Source: Chara braunii
Lineage: Eukaryota > Plantae > Charophyceae
Length of the DNA: 64,000 nucleotides
Assembly (NCBI GenBank): GCA_003427395.1
Contig: BFEA01000004.1
Coordinates: forward strand, 2,229,738-2,293,737
Direction of reading: 5' to 3'
Below the pieces are notes generated by a model that worked only from the letters and a program-made list of their open reading frames with translations, was not told the DNA's origin and did not search any database. Positions 1 to 13,200 of this stretch are shown piece after piece. The position numbers and the translations under genes are program-made. Numbering within the stretch: position 1 is the stretch's first letter; each line of letters starts with the position of its first letter.

Positions 1-154
1 CTATAAGTCTCCAACCTTGGCCAACAGCCAAGTCACCGACGCGCGCCTCGCCGTACGTTGCTTGGATCGATAGAATGAACAATCAAAAAGTGGCAGTGTA
101 TATTTCACGTTTCAGCGGAAGATTCATTCCGTTTTGCTCATCCTATCGATGGTA

Positions 155-221
<67 letters not shown>

Positions 222-247
222 CTGCACTTCCGCACACGACTGTGCCA

Positions 248-300
248 GACTGTTTCGTTGTACTTTCACCGACTCATCAGGAGGTTCATCCCCGACAGTC
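248..300 (-). ncRNA. Type III hammerhead ribozyme motif, copy 1 (stem II damaged)
   Basis: Minus strand: GACUG-UC^GGGG-AUGAA-CCUC-CUGAUGA-GUCGG-UGAAAGU-ACAAC-GAAA-CAGUC. Full catalytic core with stems I and III intact; predicted cleavage between 294 and 293. Confidence 0.85.
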
Positions 301-1772
301 CACCCAGGATACCCCTGACAAAAGTGGTGTGTGGGTGTGTGGGTGTCTGGGGGGGAGTGTGTTGTAAGTTTCCCCACCACAGCCTCTATTCTACCCAGAC
401 AAGTAGATTCGAGTTGAGCCAGCCCAACAACTAAAGAATTCACCTCTTTCGTAAGCAACATGAATCATAATTGAACCATTTTGAATTGTGTTTAGTTGGG
501 GTTTCTTTGGGGCAACAGTTCTATTATGCCTCCCGCGTACAAGGCTGCCCACGTGTGTGTGTGTGCGCGCGCGCACACACACATGTGAGTCTGTGTGTGT
601 GAGCACGCGCACGTGTGTGTGTGAGAGTGTGCGTGTGTGTGTGTGTGAGAGAGAAAGCCACTGCAACCATTGTTTCAACGCAGCCGGCCAACGGCGAGTT
701 TGACGGCGAGCTCAAACAGCCATCGCCATGTGCAATGGGATCTGATGAGTCGGGCCGTGCTTCACTTGGAAGGACTTGTGAGGGCTTGTTGATGTTTTGA
801 GAATCCACCGGTCCCTGCCATGTGATCTGAAAAATCGCACAAACACAATCCCCCCCCCAAAAACCGGAATGGGCCGATACTGGGCCTCGACGCACCACTG
901 ACCAAGTGGTGCGTCGAGGCCCAGTATTGGCCCGGTTTCATTGTTCCCCCCCCCTCCCCTCTCCTTTTTCCCGCCTTTTGCGACAGCTCGTGGGCAGAGC
1001 ACCGGGGCCCATCACGGCTTCGTTTTTTTCTTACGCGGTGAGTCATGGCGCTGCCTGTAGCTTCTGTTTTTTCAGTCCCATTTTCAGGCAAGCCATCGAC
1101 AGAGGCCACAAAATTTGCTGCTGATCGGACTGCCCAACTCACAGATGGGCAGAATCCGGTCGGGGTAGGTCATGACGCAGTGTCACACCTGACTGCATTA
1201 CACCCGACCAGAAGAAACTTAAATAGAAGGTAGTAGATGGCAAAGTCCTGTAGGTAGTGGTGAGACTCACACCGGGCAATATCAGCCTGGTCCACAGATC
1301 CAATGAGTGCTGAATAAGATACAGGCTGTCAAAAACGCCAAGCAACACCTCTTTCGTGCAGCAATGACAAACAAGGGAAACAAAGAAAACAGGCAAGCTG
1401 CCACATCCACGGAACCTATGCTTGTTGTTGGTCGCTACCGACTGCACTGGTTTTCCATTTGTTTGCTGAACTCCGATCCCAATCAAATGGCCAAACGCAG
1501 GCGCAGGAAGAAGGGGCAACAACTAACCTAAAGTGGGACAGGATAAATAATTGAATCACAAGATTGGGACAAGATGGGCCCAGTGAAATTCTATCCACTG
1601 CATTGGCAGCTGGAAGGTTGAGAGACACATTACCATAAATAAGAAGCAGCAAAACCAAGAGCAAAATGGAAAATGATGTCCTATCCAGACACAAGGTTAG
1701 AATACCCTTGAACACCACACGCACTTACAGAAGGTCGTTAAAGTGGCAAAGGAAGTCCCAGCCAGTACTTAC

Positions 1773-1902
1773 CTTCTGGAAGTTTATCTGAGCCTGCTCA
1801 ACAGTCAGCATTGTCAACCTTCCGCGCTTCATCATGTTCTCTATCTTAGTACTCAGTCTCCACTGCCGACAAGTCTCCAATGCCAGATATGGGCAGATTG
1901 CG
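1773..1902 (-). CDS. GLU1: Fd-GOGAT exon 15
   Basis: (S)[17 protein letters not shown]...EQAQINFQK|gtaagt. Confidence 0.95.
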
Positions 1903-4900
1903 CTGTACAACGAGTGGGGACCACACAAGGATCATCAACCACACATCAGATCGAGCTTGGCTCACTGTTATTATCATTAAAGAACAACAAAAAGAGTGCA
2001 ACGCTCCCCACGATAAGTGGAACCACACTCTTCTGGTGTATACTTAACTGCCATATCTGGTATATACTTTATCTGGATTTAAAATCCACTAAGGAGTGAG
2101 GACCAGTTCAGTGTACCGAATACAAGGACACATCAGACGAAAGGTTCACTGACGAATGTGTGCTTCACTTTTTTGAAGCTTGCTTGTGGAATAAAAAGCG
2201 AGGGTGGAGAATAGCAAATGTAATATGTAATATGTATATAATTTATCTGGATTTAAAATCCACGGAGGAGTGAGGACCAGTTCAGTGAACCGAATTCAAG
2301 GACACGTCAAAAAGACAACAGGTTCACTGATGAACGCATGCTTCACTTTTATCAAGCTTGCTTGTGGAACAAAAGGCGAGGGGATGGAGAATAGCAAACA
2401 GAATAGGACCAGCAGTAAACCCATCCTTGTGGCTGAATGATCAGTGACGTTGATAAAAAGACTAGAAGCTTAAATCCTAACGAATAGAATAATGCTAAGC
2501 GCTGCCCCCCTCCAAAAAAAAGAACGTGAAAAAGTAGTGACAGGACATAGAAATAGGTGGGAGGATGCCTCTGTGGGTTAGCAAATGACATGGCCGTTCC
2601 TGTTCTCTTTGTTTCACAAGTTTCTCAAAACAAGAAAGAAACATGCTAGGAAGGCTAGGCTGCCTGAGGACAAGGAGGGAGGGAGAGGATAAGAGAAAAG
2701 AACAAGTGCCTCTCAGCTAAACTGATGTGATCGAACTGGAGGTAAACTTTCTCTCATAAAATATGCAAGCAACAGACAGATAGGAGGCCCAAAGACAAGC
2801 TCTGTTCACCAACCAAAGGATCAAGATTCAAGAGCGAACAGGCTCTCCTTGGAACATTGATAAACAAAGAATTACACAGATGATTGCTATAGGTGAGGAA
2901 AGAGGTGAAGCAGATCTGGTATAGGAAAGAAAAGAATGAAACAGTGCACAAACTTGAGGACAGAATAGAAGCTCGAGTGCCAGTGAACTGGAATAGTCTC
3001 CAAACCATCCCTAAATGACTTAAAGTGAGGAAGGGAGAAAACCCGGCATAGACTCCGACATCACTAACAGCAGAAAAGTTGCTATGCACAGAGGCTGTGA
3101 GCAACTCACTATCATGCCTGTTCATACTGATAATACCAATCTGTGTCGGGTTTAACTTTTCAACATAAATGGTGGACTAATCCCATCCATGTGGTAGATT
3201 TCGATGGGCAGGATTGCACATTTATCAAAGGATTTAAGGTAGGGAGAAGTCGGGGGAGGGGGAGGGTAGAGCACATCGCCTTCTCCTTTTCAAGACGGCA
3301 CTGATCAGGCCCAGGTAGGGGAAGGGGGAGAGTGGGGAAGCGGGGGAGGCAAGGGAAAGGGTTCATTAGGGAGGTTGCTGATTCCGAACCTTGCACCATA
3401 TCCGATCAAGCATGCAAAGTGATGTGTGCTGAAGCACTGTGCGGTGTCTGCTACAATGGAAGCACTCAAACGGACTCCCCGCTGGATCAGATGGTGGTGT
3501 ACAGCTCCAACAGCCAGAAGAACAGGTATTGCCGGCCTCGAAGCCTCCTGCAAGAAGAGGGGAAGATTTATCATGGGATCAAGACTTTACCAGAATAACA
3601 ACCTCCATTGCGGGCGGGGAGGATTGACTGTCTGTGTTTTGCACATATTGGAAGCACAACCCCATCCTCATCCTGCTATCTAGCACCCCCATCCTTAGAG
3701 AAAGCAAATTTACCCGCAGTTCCTCTCAGCGTTTAGAAAGGCTGCCTAATTTCACCTTCGACCCTGGAATTACCAACTCCTCAGAGCAATCTCAGGGTCT
3801 CCTGACAGTGACTAGGGGAAAGGCCCGGGTGGGCTATAATTTTTTCCTATTTGCTCTTGGAAGAGGGACCCTACTGACACTGAAAATAAAATCATGCAAT
3901 TAAAGCAGCAATTTGGTACAATAACATAACTAGATTGCCTGCCCGAATAACCTTTGACAGCCGAATGAATAACAACAACTTGCTTCAATCAAGATTGGAC
4001 TAGGGGCCTCGCTCCACTACTCTCCAAATGTGAAAAACCAGACTGAATCCTCCACCAGGACATGGAATGATACATTGCTATATTTTTTGTCGTTTGTGCA
4101 TGTGGAGCATAGTAGAGCGAGGCCCTATATTGTGGTTGTTTCAACACTTCTGTTGGTGTTGGTTCTGGCATTTGTGTGTAGGCTCCCAACTTCCCAAGTC
4201 TAATGAAGTGCAGACAGGCTAGGTAGTCAGCACCGAAGGATTAGAGGATTGCAGCATTTGATTAGCACGGCCCCACCAAAGCCATCTCATTTTATGCATT
4301 GCGTCAGGCCTTAGATATCACATTGTGGCCCATACCTGGCCATACCCATGTCTTTATCGTGCGACGTGCATGATGCCCAGGCACACTAACTGACACAGAA
4401 CATTTGGATTGCTAGGACTGCAAGACTGCAACCATATAAATCTTCCCACTATGCAAAAGAAGATAAGATTGTCATAGGTACATGGACTGGCTTGCAATAT
4501 ATTTTCAAGGAGTTAAATCCTGAGATCCCTTGACATATCGTCCAATAAGTGCAAGCTCTGATGGCATCATCACCACATGCGTGACGGTGATGAATATCTG
4601 CGAAAAATGAAAAGGTGATGGCTTTGCAAAAGATGGAAAATGCAAATCAAGACCCAATAGAAGTTCTTGCACTGTGTCAACACACCTGCCATATACAAAG
4701 ACAAGGACGCCACATATGCCACCTCATTAGGATGCAAAGTTGCAAACTTTATTGCCTGCAATAAGGGGCAGGCCTCACTAACAGACACTGCGCTCATGCT
4801 TGGAACCTGGCCGTGATAACAATGTCATACAGGTTTGTGCTTTCATCTGTGCTTTGATATGTGCTTTCATATGTGCTTTCAAAGCATGAACATGGCACCA

Positions 4901-6297
4901 AATGGGGCCTGGCCCCACCTGACAAAACCCATGGGCTAAGAAGGGAGCGCATGCTTTGATAAGAGGAAAGAGGAACTATGTCCTTCATTCCTCCCCCCCC
5001 CTTTGAATAGGGGTGTTGACGCCTTTTGCTAAGCCCTCATCGTTTTTGCCCCCGTTTTCCATTTGTCTGACAACATGTGCTGTGGCATATTCATTGGCAT
5101 GGTTTCGTTTCGCTCTATTGCTTTTAGTATCTCTTCCAAATGCTTTGCTCGTACACAATCTGGCCACGATTTCTTGTCCGTACTTTTAGCGACTGCCATG
5201 GAGACATACTGTGTAGTAATTTACGACATCATTATGGCTCACCAGCTGTGGTGTCTGATCGCTGAGCACAATGAGCTTTGATCCATTCCTAACGGCATTC
5301 TCTGCGTCTGCACAGAGCTGTTCCAGGGCCTTGCCCAAAGCACCCTCCAATCCTTGAGAGATGTCAAAGAAGATTGGCAATGTCGCAGGCTTCAGCTCAG
5401 GGTCCGCCTTAAGCTCCATCAAATCCTGCTCATTCAATATCGGGGATGGAAGCCGCACCTGCCAAGGGACACCAAATACAACAGAGGCACATACCTCAGC
5501 AAAAGAAAAACAGAGCACTTCACCAGTCCCCTACAACATTTGATTAAGAAATCAGCAAGGAGAAGAGAAGTTGCAACCTGAAAAGTACTACATAGATCAA
5601 GCACTTGCTTGATCCAAGGTAAAAATGAAAAGAGAGGAAGGAAAGCACACACTGAAGTTGAATGAGCAATCAACTGAAAAGAGAGGGAGAAGCCACAAAT
5701 CCGAATGCATGATATAGATAAAACGGAGAGCGAAGAAAAATGCAAATCTGAATAAGCATTTCTTGAGCATTCGTCCTCTCATATGGGCCCTTCCCTTCTT
5801 CCTCGTCCCCACGCTCCTCTCCTACCCTTCCCATGACCATCTCTAAATGCAGTCAGCCTCTGGTGCCCATCAACTCTTTGCTACCTCTCAGAGGAGAGGG
5901 GGGGGGGGGGGTTAGACTTGGGGTTGCTGACCCCACAGTCGTCAATTCATCTTCACCGGGAATCAAATGGTTGCCGGCATTCCTGCAGCAGAGTGTACTT
6001 TTGCGTTGTCATGTTCGCTATACACACCTTCGCGAAAAAATGAAAGACTGTGCCAAACTGTTTCGTCGGACTTTCACCAACTCATCAGGAGGTTGAACCC
6101 TGACAGTCTTCCCAGGATGCATTTGACTGATGAATAAGGACTCACAATTGCCCAGAGTTAGAGATACCCCTGAGCAAAGCGGTTGACTTTACTCACACCA
6201 ACCCTACTAGCAGTCTGTTGGTCCAAGCACCTGACAAGAAATGGCAGTAAGTCTGCAAAACTAGTCTATCATTATTAGCATCATATGCATGTGTCTG

Positions 6298-6347
<50 letters not shown>

Positions 6348-9300
6348 GAATGATGGGATGCTTTGAGGAGCTTCTTGTTGTTCATTCAGCATATATATTC
6401 AATCTCTTCGCTTGCGAGCAAATGTCTGACTTCAGTGTCTGCAGTGTTACTAGTTGAATTTTGAGTTGTGAGAACTTGTGACCAAGTTCATTGCAATTTC
6501 TGCGGCAACCCCAACTGGCATCCCATGCCTACCTGTCTTGCATTCTCCGGTCCAAGGTTCAAAATGTTGCCTCGCTCGCCGAGGTTCATTTCCAATGACA
6601 TTACCAACCCTTCTCTCAGGGGATCAATGGGGGGATTCGTCACCTGCCACACAGTTAATGAGCAAAATCATTATACAATAATCCATCAGTGCTCGTGAGA
6701 ATGCCTAGAAACAAGAGGTGACTAAGAAGACGAGCACGATGGCAGTGTGTAGCCCTGTCGAGTGAAAGTGTAAGGGGGAAGAAAGGGAGTCGGGGTGAGA
6801 GGGGATCAGGACAGAACTTTGCGTAAATCACCAAGGACAATCGCATTTTACTGCTCCATGAGACACCGACCGATTTACAATGAGATGCATGCAAGGATTA
6901 AATGATTTTGAAATTTAAATCACATTGATGATAAAGCAGACAAAAATTCACAAAACAACATACACACGTACTCTGCTCTCAGAAAGAGGGAAAGATGGAA
7001 GGACGGGAAGTTGGGAACTGAAAAAGAAAGACATACACCCAATAGCATTGCCCATAGCAGCTGACAAGTTTCTGGCCAAGACAGTAGCTAACAGAACCAA
7101 GAACGTTCCAGACAAGGGCTTTCATAACAATTTTTACAAGGGGTTTATATGAGGGAGATATCTACTCGGTAATAACAAGCCCACACAAAGTTTGCAAGCC
7201 GATACTCCTCAGTGGATGAGGGAGAAGGGATAACCACAAGCTCAGCCGAAGCAGCAAGATGCAAGTGCGGCCAAGGAAAAACAGATGATGCCATGCACAT
7301 TGCTCCTTTGACTGTGACGACGTAGAATGCTCTCACATAAATCAGAAAGACATGAGACAGACTACCAGAAAACCCTGTTGCTTTCTAAAAAGGACCAGGT
7401 ATTCTGAACACTCCCACAATACCTTAAAAAGAAAAAAGAAACGAAACTCAGTAGAAGACTGTCTCTTGGCGCTTGACCATATATATAAAATAATGCCAAA
7501 AAGACAATTCAAGATGCATAATGGAAACAGAGATGCCGACGGAGGGCAACGGCACAGTTGGCAATGGAACAAACTCCAAACAATACAGAGAAAGCACAGG
7601 AAATAAGGCACGCTAGGAAACCAAGCGGATAGCAAACAGCGAGGTGGTGACCTACCATTCATTGCAAAATATGGTTCAAGGATTGGTGTAGATCAGGAGC
7701 TTCGGGAGACCAATCACAGAGGAAGTTGCAAATATGAAGACGAAAGTGACAGCACTGACACGGCAATGGAGCACTGGCAGGGACGGACGAGCTTGCTGGA
7801 TCCTTGGTATGGTGGGAGCAATGCTCGGAGTTGTTTCCAAAAGAAAGGAAACAAACAGTGCATCCTTCCACTAAATGAAATCCTCCCAGAAAAGAAGCCT
7901 AGCTGATGCTCCTCAGTACAGAATGGAGCCGAGTCCGTATGGGGAAAAAGCTTGCAGGCTACCTGGAGTATATTTTTTCTGGCCCCATTGAAGTCCCTCT
8001 CATGACATGCTTGTGGATGAACCCTTAGTGAAAAGGGGAGAAAGTTCAAACGCAAAAGATGGGGGCGAGGGCATAGATGGGGAGGGCGTATCAAGCACCA
8101 GCTTTGCTTGACTGGCAACAATCTCCAGCCATGGCAGTTCTTGCAAGGCACAGAGGCTTGCGTCAAGGCACAGTAAATGTCACAGAAGAGAGAGGCAAAA
8201 TGCTCACCTGGGCAAAGCGCTGTTTGAAGTAATCAAATAGCAAATGTGGGCGTTGCGACAGTGCTGCAAGGGGGATATCGTCACCCATACAGAACGTCGG
8301 TTCCTTGCCTTGTGCAGCCATGTTCTCTATCACGAGTTGTACATCTTCACTTGAGTATCCAAATGCACTGTTGTGTTGTTGAATCACCATGATAACGAGG
8401 CCGCACCATCAAAGTGCATACCATGGGTAGCATCAGTCAAGATCACATCACAAATATGGACAAACAAAGAGCAGCCGTCAGAAAACGTTTTTTGAGGACA
8501 CGAGTGTCATCCATCTACTCCCCTCTGTTGAATAAAGACAAGCGCAGGTAACAGCATGCTGGACTAGATCATCCTCATGTGTGAGACTGTCCGCACAAGA
8601 ACATGGAATCGGTAGTCGCAAGGCTGTATGGCATAGAATACGCGAACAAGAGGAGGTGGAGAAACAGGGAGGATAATTGCATACCAAGCACCCAATATTC
8701 ACTACCACCATCACCAAAGGTAAGGGGAGAAGAACCATCACAGCAACCACCAGTCACCACAAGCAGCCAATCTTCACCACCACCATCATGAAAGGCGAGG
8801 TGAGCACACAACCATTACAGCAACCATCACCACATGGAATGATTACGTACAGAGGCTTATATTTATCACCATCATGAGACGTCACCATACCCATAACCAC
8901 CACAATCACATCCAACCCTGCCATCATCACCCATCACCACCATCACCACCATCATCATCATCCTCCCATCCAATCCCACTCCGACCACCATCACCACTAC
9001 CATCATCTACAACGTTCTTGTCATCATCATCATCATCATCATAACCATTTAGAATTCCCAAAGCAGACAGCATACAGAGCAGCTCAACCCACACCCACGC
9101 ACAAAATTGTTGCTGCTCCACAGATTTTTTGCTACACATTTGCTTTATGAGCAATGGGTTGCAGATATGAGGCATAGCAATGATGCTGAAAACTCAACAG
9201 TGCTACATTAGAGCTGATATGAATTGGCCTCCGTTAAGAGGATGAAACAAGGGGAGAGGAAGAGAGAGACAGGGTGAGGGATGCCGAGTATTGGAACGGT

Positions 9301-10179
9301 CACACAAAGACATACAGGGTAGCAATCCTTCATGCACATACAATGCTGCTGAACAGGTGATTACAAAGGTGCATGACAGTGAGTACACAAAATATTCTAG
9401 CTCGCCACGTTCTCAGGTCATTTGGAAGACACCACCACACTACTGAGACACTCACTCACTTTTGCCTCGTAAGGAGACCATTGCCATCTAATGTAGAAGA
9501 CATTGGATATGGTGCCGGTTCATGTACACGGCTGGACTTCAGCCAATCGCCATATGGGGCAAGACTTGCCACACGCTTTTTGATATCACTATTGTACAAA
9601 ACCTGCACAAATATACACATATCGGCCAAACAAACCCTCAGCAATACATTCAGCACACAAAGCAAATATAATAACACACAAATAGACACATCAATTCCCG
9701 GATTTTTCTCCCAAAAAGGACCTAAGTCCAGAAGACAGACATAAATAATACAAACATGATCAAACATAATTCAAGTTCAAAATTTCAACAATTCCTATAA
9801 CACATAGACAAGAAGATAAGTGCGGAAGCAGCCACAGCTGGCATCATGATGCTGTTCATAGGAGAGGGAACGACACACATGCAGAGACTGGTGGATGCAG
9901 CAGGAATGAGAAGACTCAGCCTAAGAACGCACTAAACTCGACAGGACTCCCATCAACCACAGGGCTTTTCTAGCAGCACAACATCACATGAGAATAAATG
10001 CAAGAGAAAAGGAATGGCTAAGCATACACATCGTGAGGAGGAAGTATGTGCATGCAAGATAAGCAGATTGATGGCAGAAAGTGCAGAACACCTAACTGTG
10101 AGAGAGGGGTCTGAAAAGGTCTACACAACCAATTTGGAAAGCACACAGCAGGGTACCTGTCGTAGGTCACGTCTGTGAA

Positions 10180-10223
<44 letters not shown>

Positions 10224-13200
10224 GCACTTTCAGACTGCATATGAAGGGAGAGGGGAGAGAGTTTGAATGGTTTTCAATATCTCATGCTCCTCTGAAGTAT
10301 TTCGATAACAGTATCATGTTTGCTGTATCGACTGCATCAACCAGGTACCCAAGTTGTAGATGCCAAGCAGATCCTCAACTGTGGTAAGAGTCATAATACA
10401 GGTGGTCTTCACATCACTTGACAGTTTATCGATAACCAACACTACAAGTAGACTATGACAGTGACGTGAGACTGATTGCCACCGATATTTTTTCCTTGAA
10501 AGATTTGAAAGAACATAAAGACAGACTGCGACTGCAAAGTGTAGTATTTGTTCCCCAACTCTTATCTGATCCGTGGTTCATTAGGCCAAATCAAAAAGAG
10601 AAAAGAGAGAGACAAATGGATCATAACATAAGATTCATAAGAATCGCAACACAATGCTCACCCTGCTAACATGAGTTCCAGACTCGCTTCGTCAAAGAAA
10701 ATAGAAGCATGCATGTCATACCCCACTGGCATGACTACAACATGCAGTGCGCATGTGTGTACAGTGGGAACGTCTTCCGTCTTTACTCCATGTTCTTCCT
10801 GCATTTTATTCATGTCTTCGCCCCCTTTCCTCTGTCTTCAAAAAAATCTAGACAGTCAAGACTCTAAAGTCTTTGCTTGCACTTTAAAGTCTAGACTCTA
10901 GACTTTAAACAGAAGCACACACGTTTGAGAGGAACCAAAATAATCACAAATTCACAAGGGGGATTCCCAGACAGCAACGACAGATGCTTGCAAGATGACA
11001 CAGTTCTATATCGGCAGGCTGAACGTCTTGTCATTCATCACCTCTTCAGGCTAGGCTAGTGGTAAATTAACGGTGATGGCAACATTTATTTTGTAACTGA
11101 CAGACCGCCTCATGGAAAGATCCTCAGTAAGTAATGGGATGAGGACAAAACACCCGTGAAAACAACAAATAAACTTCAATAAAGTAGCGCCAACAAAATC
11201 ACAAGAACAACTGGAGCGTACCTCTCCAGTCTCCACGTTGGCAATGACCATCATTCCTGGGCCGAGCCTCCCTTTGGACAAGATGGTGGAGTCATCAATA
11301 TTGAGCACACCAACCTGTAGAAACAACAAGCATGGACATTGGATAAGTGTGTTTATAACGTGTTCACAGATGACCAACTGAATCATCCTTCAGCACATAC
11401 CACTGCTGTGTTCTAAGATTGAGAGTTGTGCTTCTGTTAGAATGACTAGGCACTGGACAATAGGCGATATGTAACAAATATACCATGCCATTGGCCTTCG
11501 AAAATATGTTTTCAATAGCCCTGTCTTCAAAACAATGAGACACGACACAGAGTGACAAACACACTACGGTAGTTGATAATAGGCATCTCCTATACTGTGC
11601 AGGTGTAATCCTTCTCACGAGGATTGAAATTCATAGAATTGAACTTCCCAAGTGGTACGAACGTTCATTATGAATCGCTCCTTTGCCTATATAAATGAAG
11701 TCTACATTGTAGATAAAGTAACCCCCTCGGTTCCGTAAACAACTGTCATTGCAGTCAGTCTTCTCGCAGTCGGTCTCCTTGCGTACCATGAAATGCTCAT
11801 CTTGACGCCGAAGTTGACGGTTAAATTGTGTTAACGCATCCGCATACCTGGCATACCTACAGGACCCAGTCTGCAAAGGTCCATAGAGGATCTGAAGCAA
11901 TGTACAGTTTTCATTCCCCTTGCTCATAAAACAGCAAAAGCGCCGCCTGCTCATTTCCAGGCACTCCAATTTCATTACCTCTGATGCTACATACAGCATG
12001 TCGTCAGATGTTCTCCAGAAACGAGCGGGTCGAAGTCCATTACGATCAAGACAGGCCCCCACAGTTTTTCCATTGCTGCAAAATATAAGGCAAATCACAG
12101 AGCCATAGCAAGCCAATCAGTATCACAGGCGTATCGATCAACTATAAGAAAGCACTTTCCAACACAGATGAAGGAAAGAGCATACACTTAGGGGTCCTTC
12201 GGCCAGACGGAAGGATGCGTGTGTGAGTCCCAATGATGTATTAATTCTTGACTTGCCGGTGGAATAGGAACCGGACTGACGCTCCCCAGAATAGAATGGA
12301 GCCGGGACCATAAGGCCCCGTTTATAAATTAAAAAAAAAGGAAAGAGCATACAGCATGAGGCATGCTGAACCTGTTTTTCTTTCTTCTCTGGAGTTCCCT
12401 TTGTTACCTTTTTTTTTCAGCATATGGGCCTTTGGACCATTTCTCAATTTGTGAGTTTAACTATGCCAGGGGGCATGCCACTCTTCTTTGTATTGCAACA
12501 ATTATGACGGATTAAAAAGCACATTTCTTCCGTCCGTCTTTCACGGTTTCTCTTCCCATTGCTTAGCTCTCCCTTTTCACTGTGGCTCTCCGGTGCAAGG
12601 CTCAGCACGTTGGTGTATTTCGTACACTGGTCAGCAGTTTGCAGGTGATGTTTCAAGTGTTGAATACCCCCTGGGCTGTGTCCTGTGCAGTGATCTCCAC
12701 CCTACAGGGCCATCATCATGTAAGCAAAGCGATGCTCCAAGTGTTGAATACCCCCAGAGCTGCATCCTGAGCAGGGACTGAACCCAGCACAGCAGGTGGC
12801 CTGAGCCTTCACCGCCTGGGAGGATGAATCACATTCTTGCAACTCGCCAGCACGAGGACAGCAATTTGGGCATTGTCATCTGGAGGAAGGCAACAGCAAG
12901 AAGGTGCAGGAGAAGCACAGAGAGAACCGGGCAAGATAGAAAAACAGGCTGCTGATCTCCGGATGAGTGATGAAGCAGTGCATGCCATTGGCAATAAAGA
13001 GTTTGTTGATTGGCATCACAAACTCGAGACGAGCATGGTGGCAGCAATGGGGATGGGATAGTAGAAACAAAAGATTCTGTACCCAAACGAGACTGTGGAG
13101 GAGGCAAGAGGGTTTCTAGTTTATCTGTAGACAAACAGGAAAAAACGCAAGAAGGGTCAATGCACGGGTTAGAGAGAGCACGAGGATGGTAGGAACAAGA

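Noticed and set aside
740-790. CTGATGAGTC on the plus strand
   Set aside because: Lacks GAAA after a stem II; part of an unrelated repeat.
2095-2390. CTGACGA/CTGATGA motifs in the tandem repeat as possible hammerheads
   Set aside because: No correctly placed GAAA/UH; the CTGA is itself paired in a TCAGTGAACC/GGTTCACTGA hairpin.
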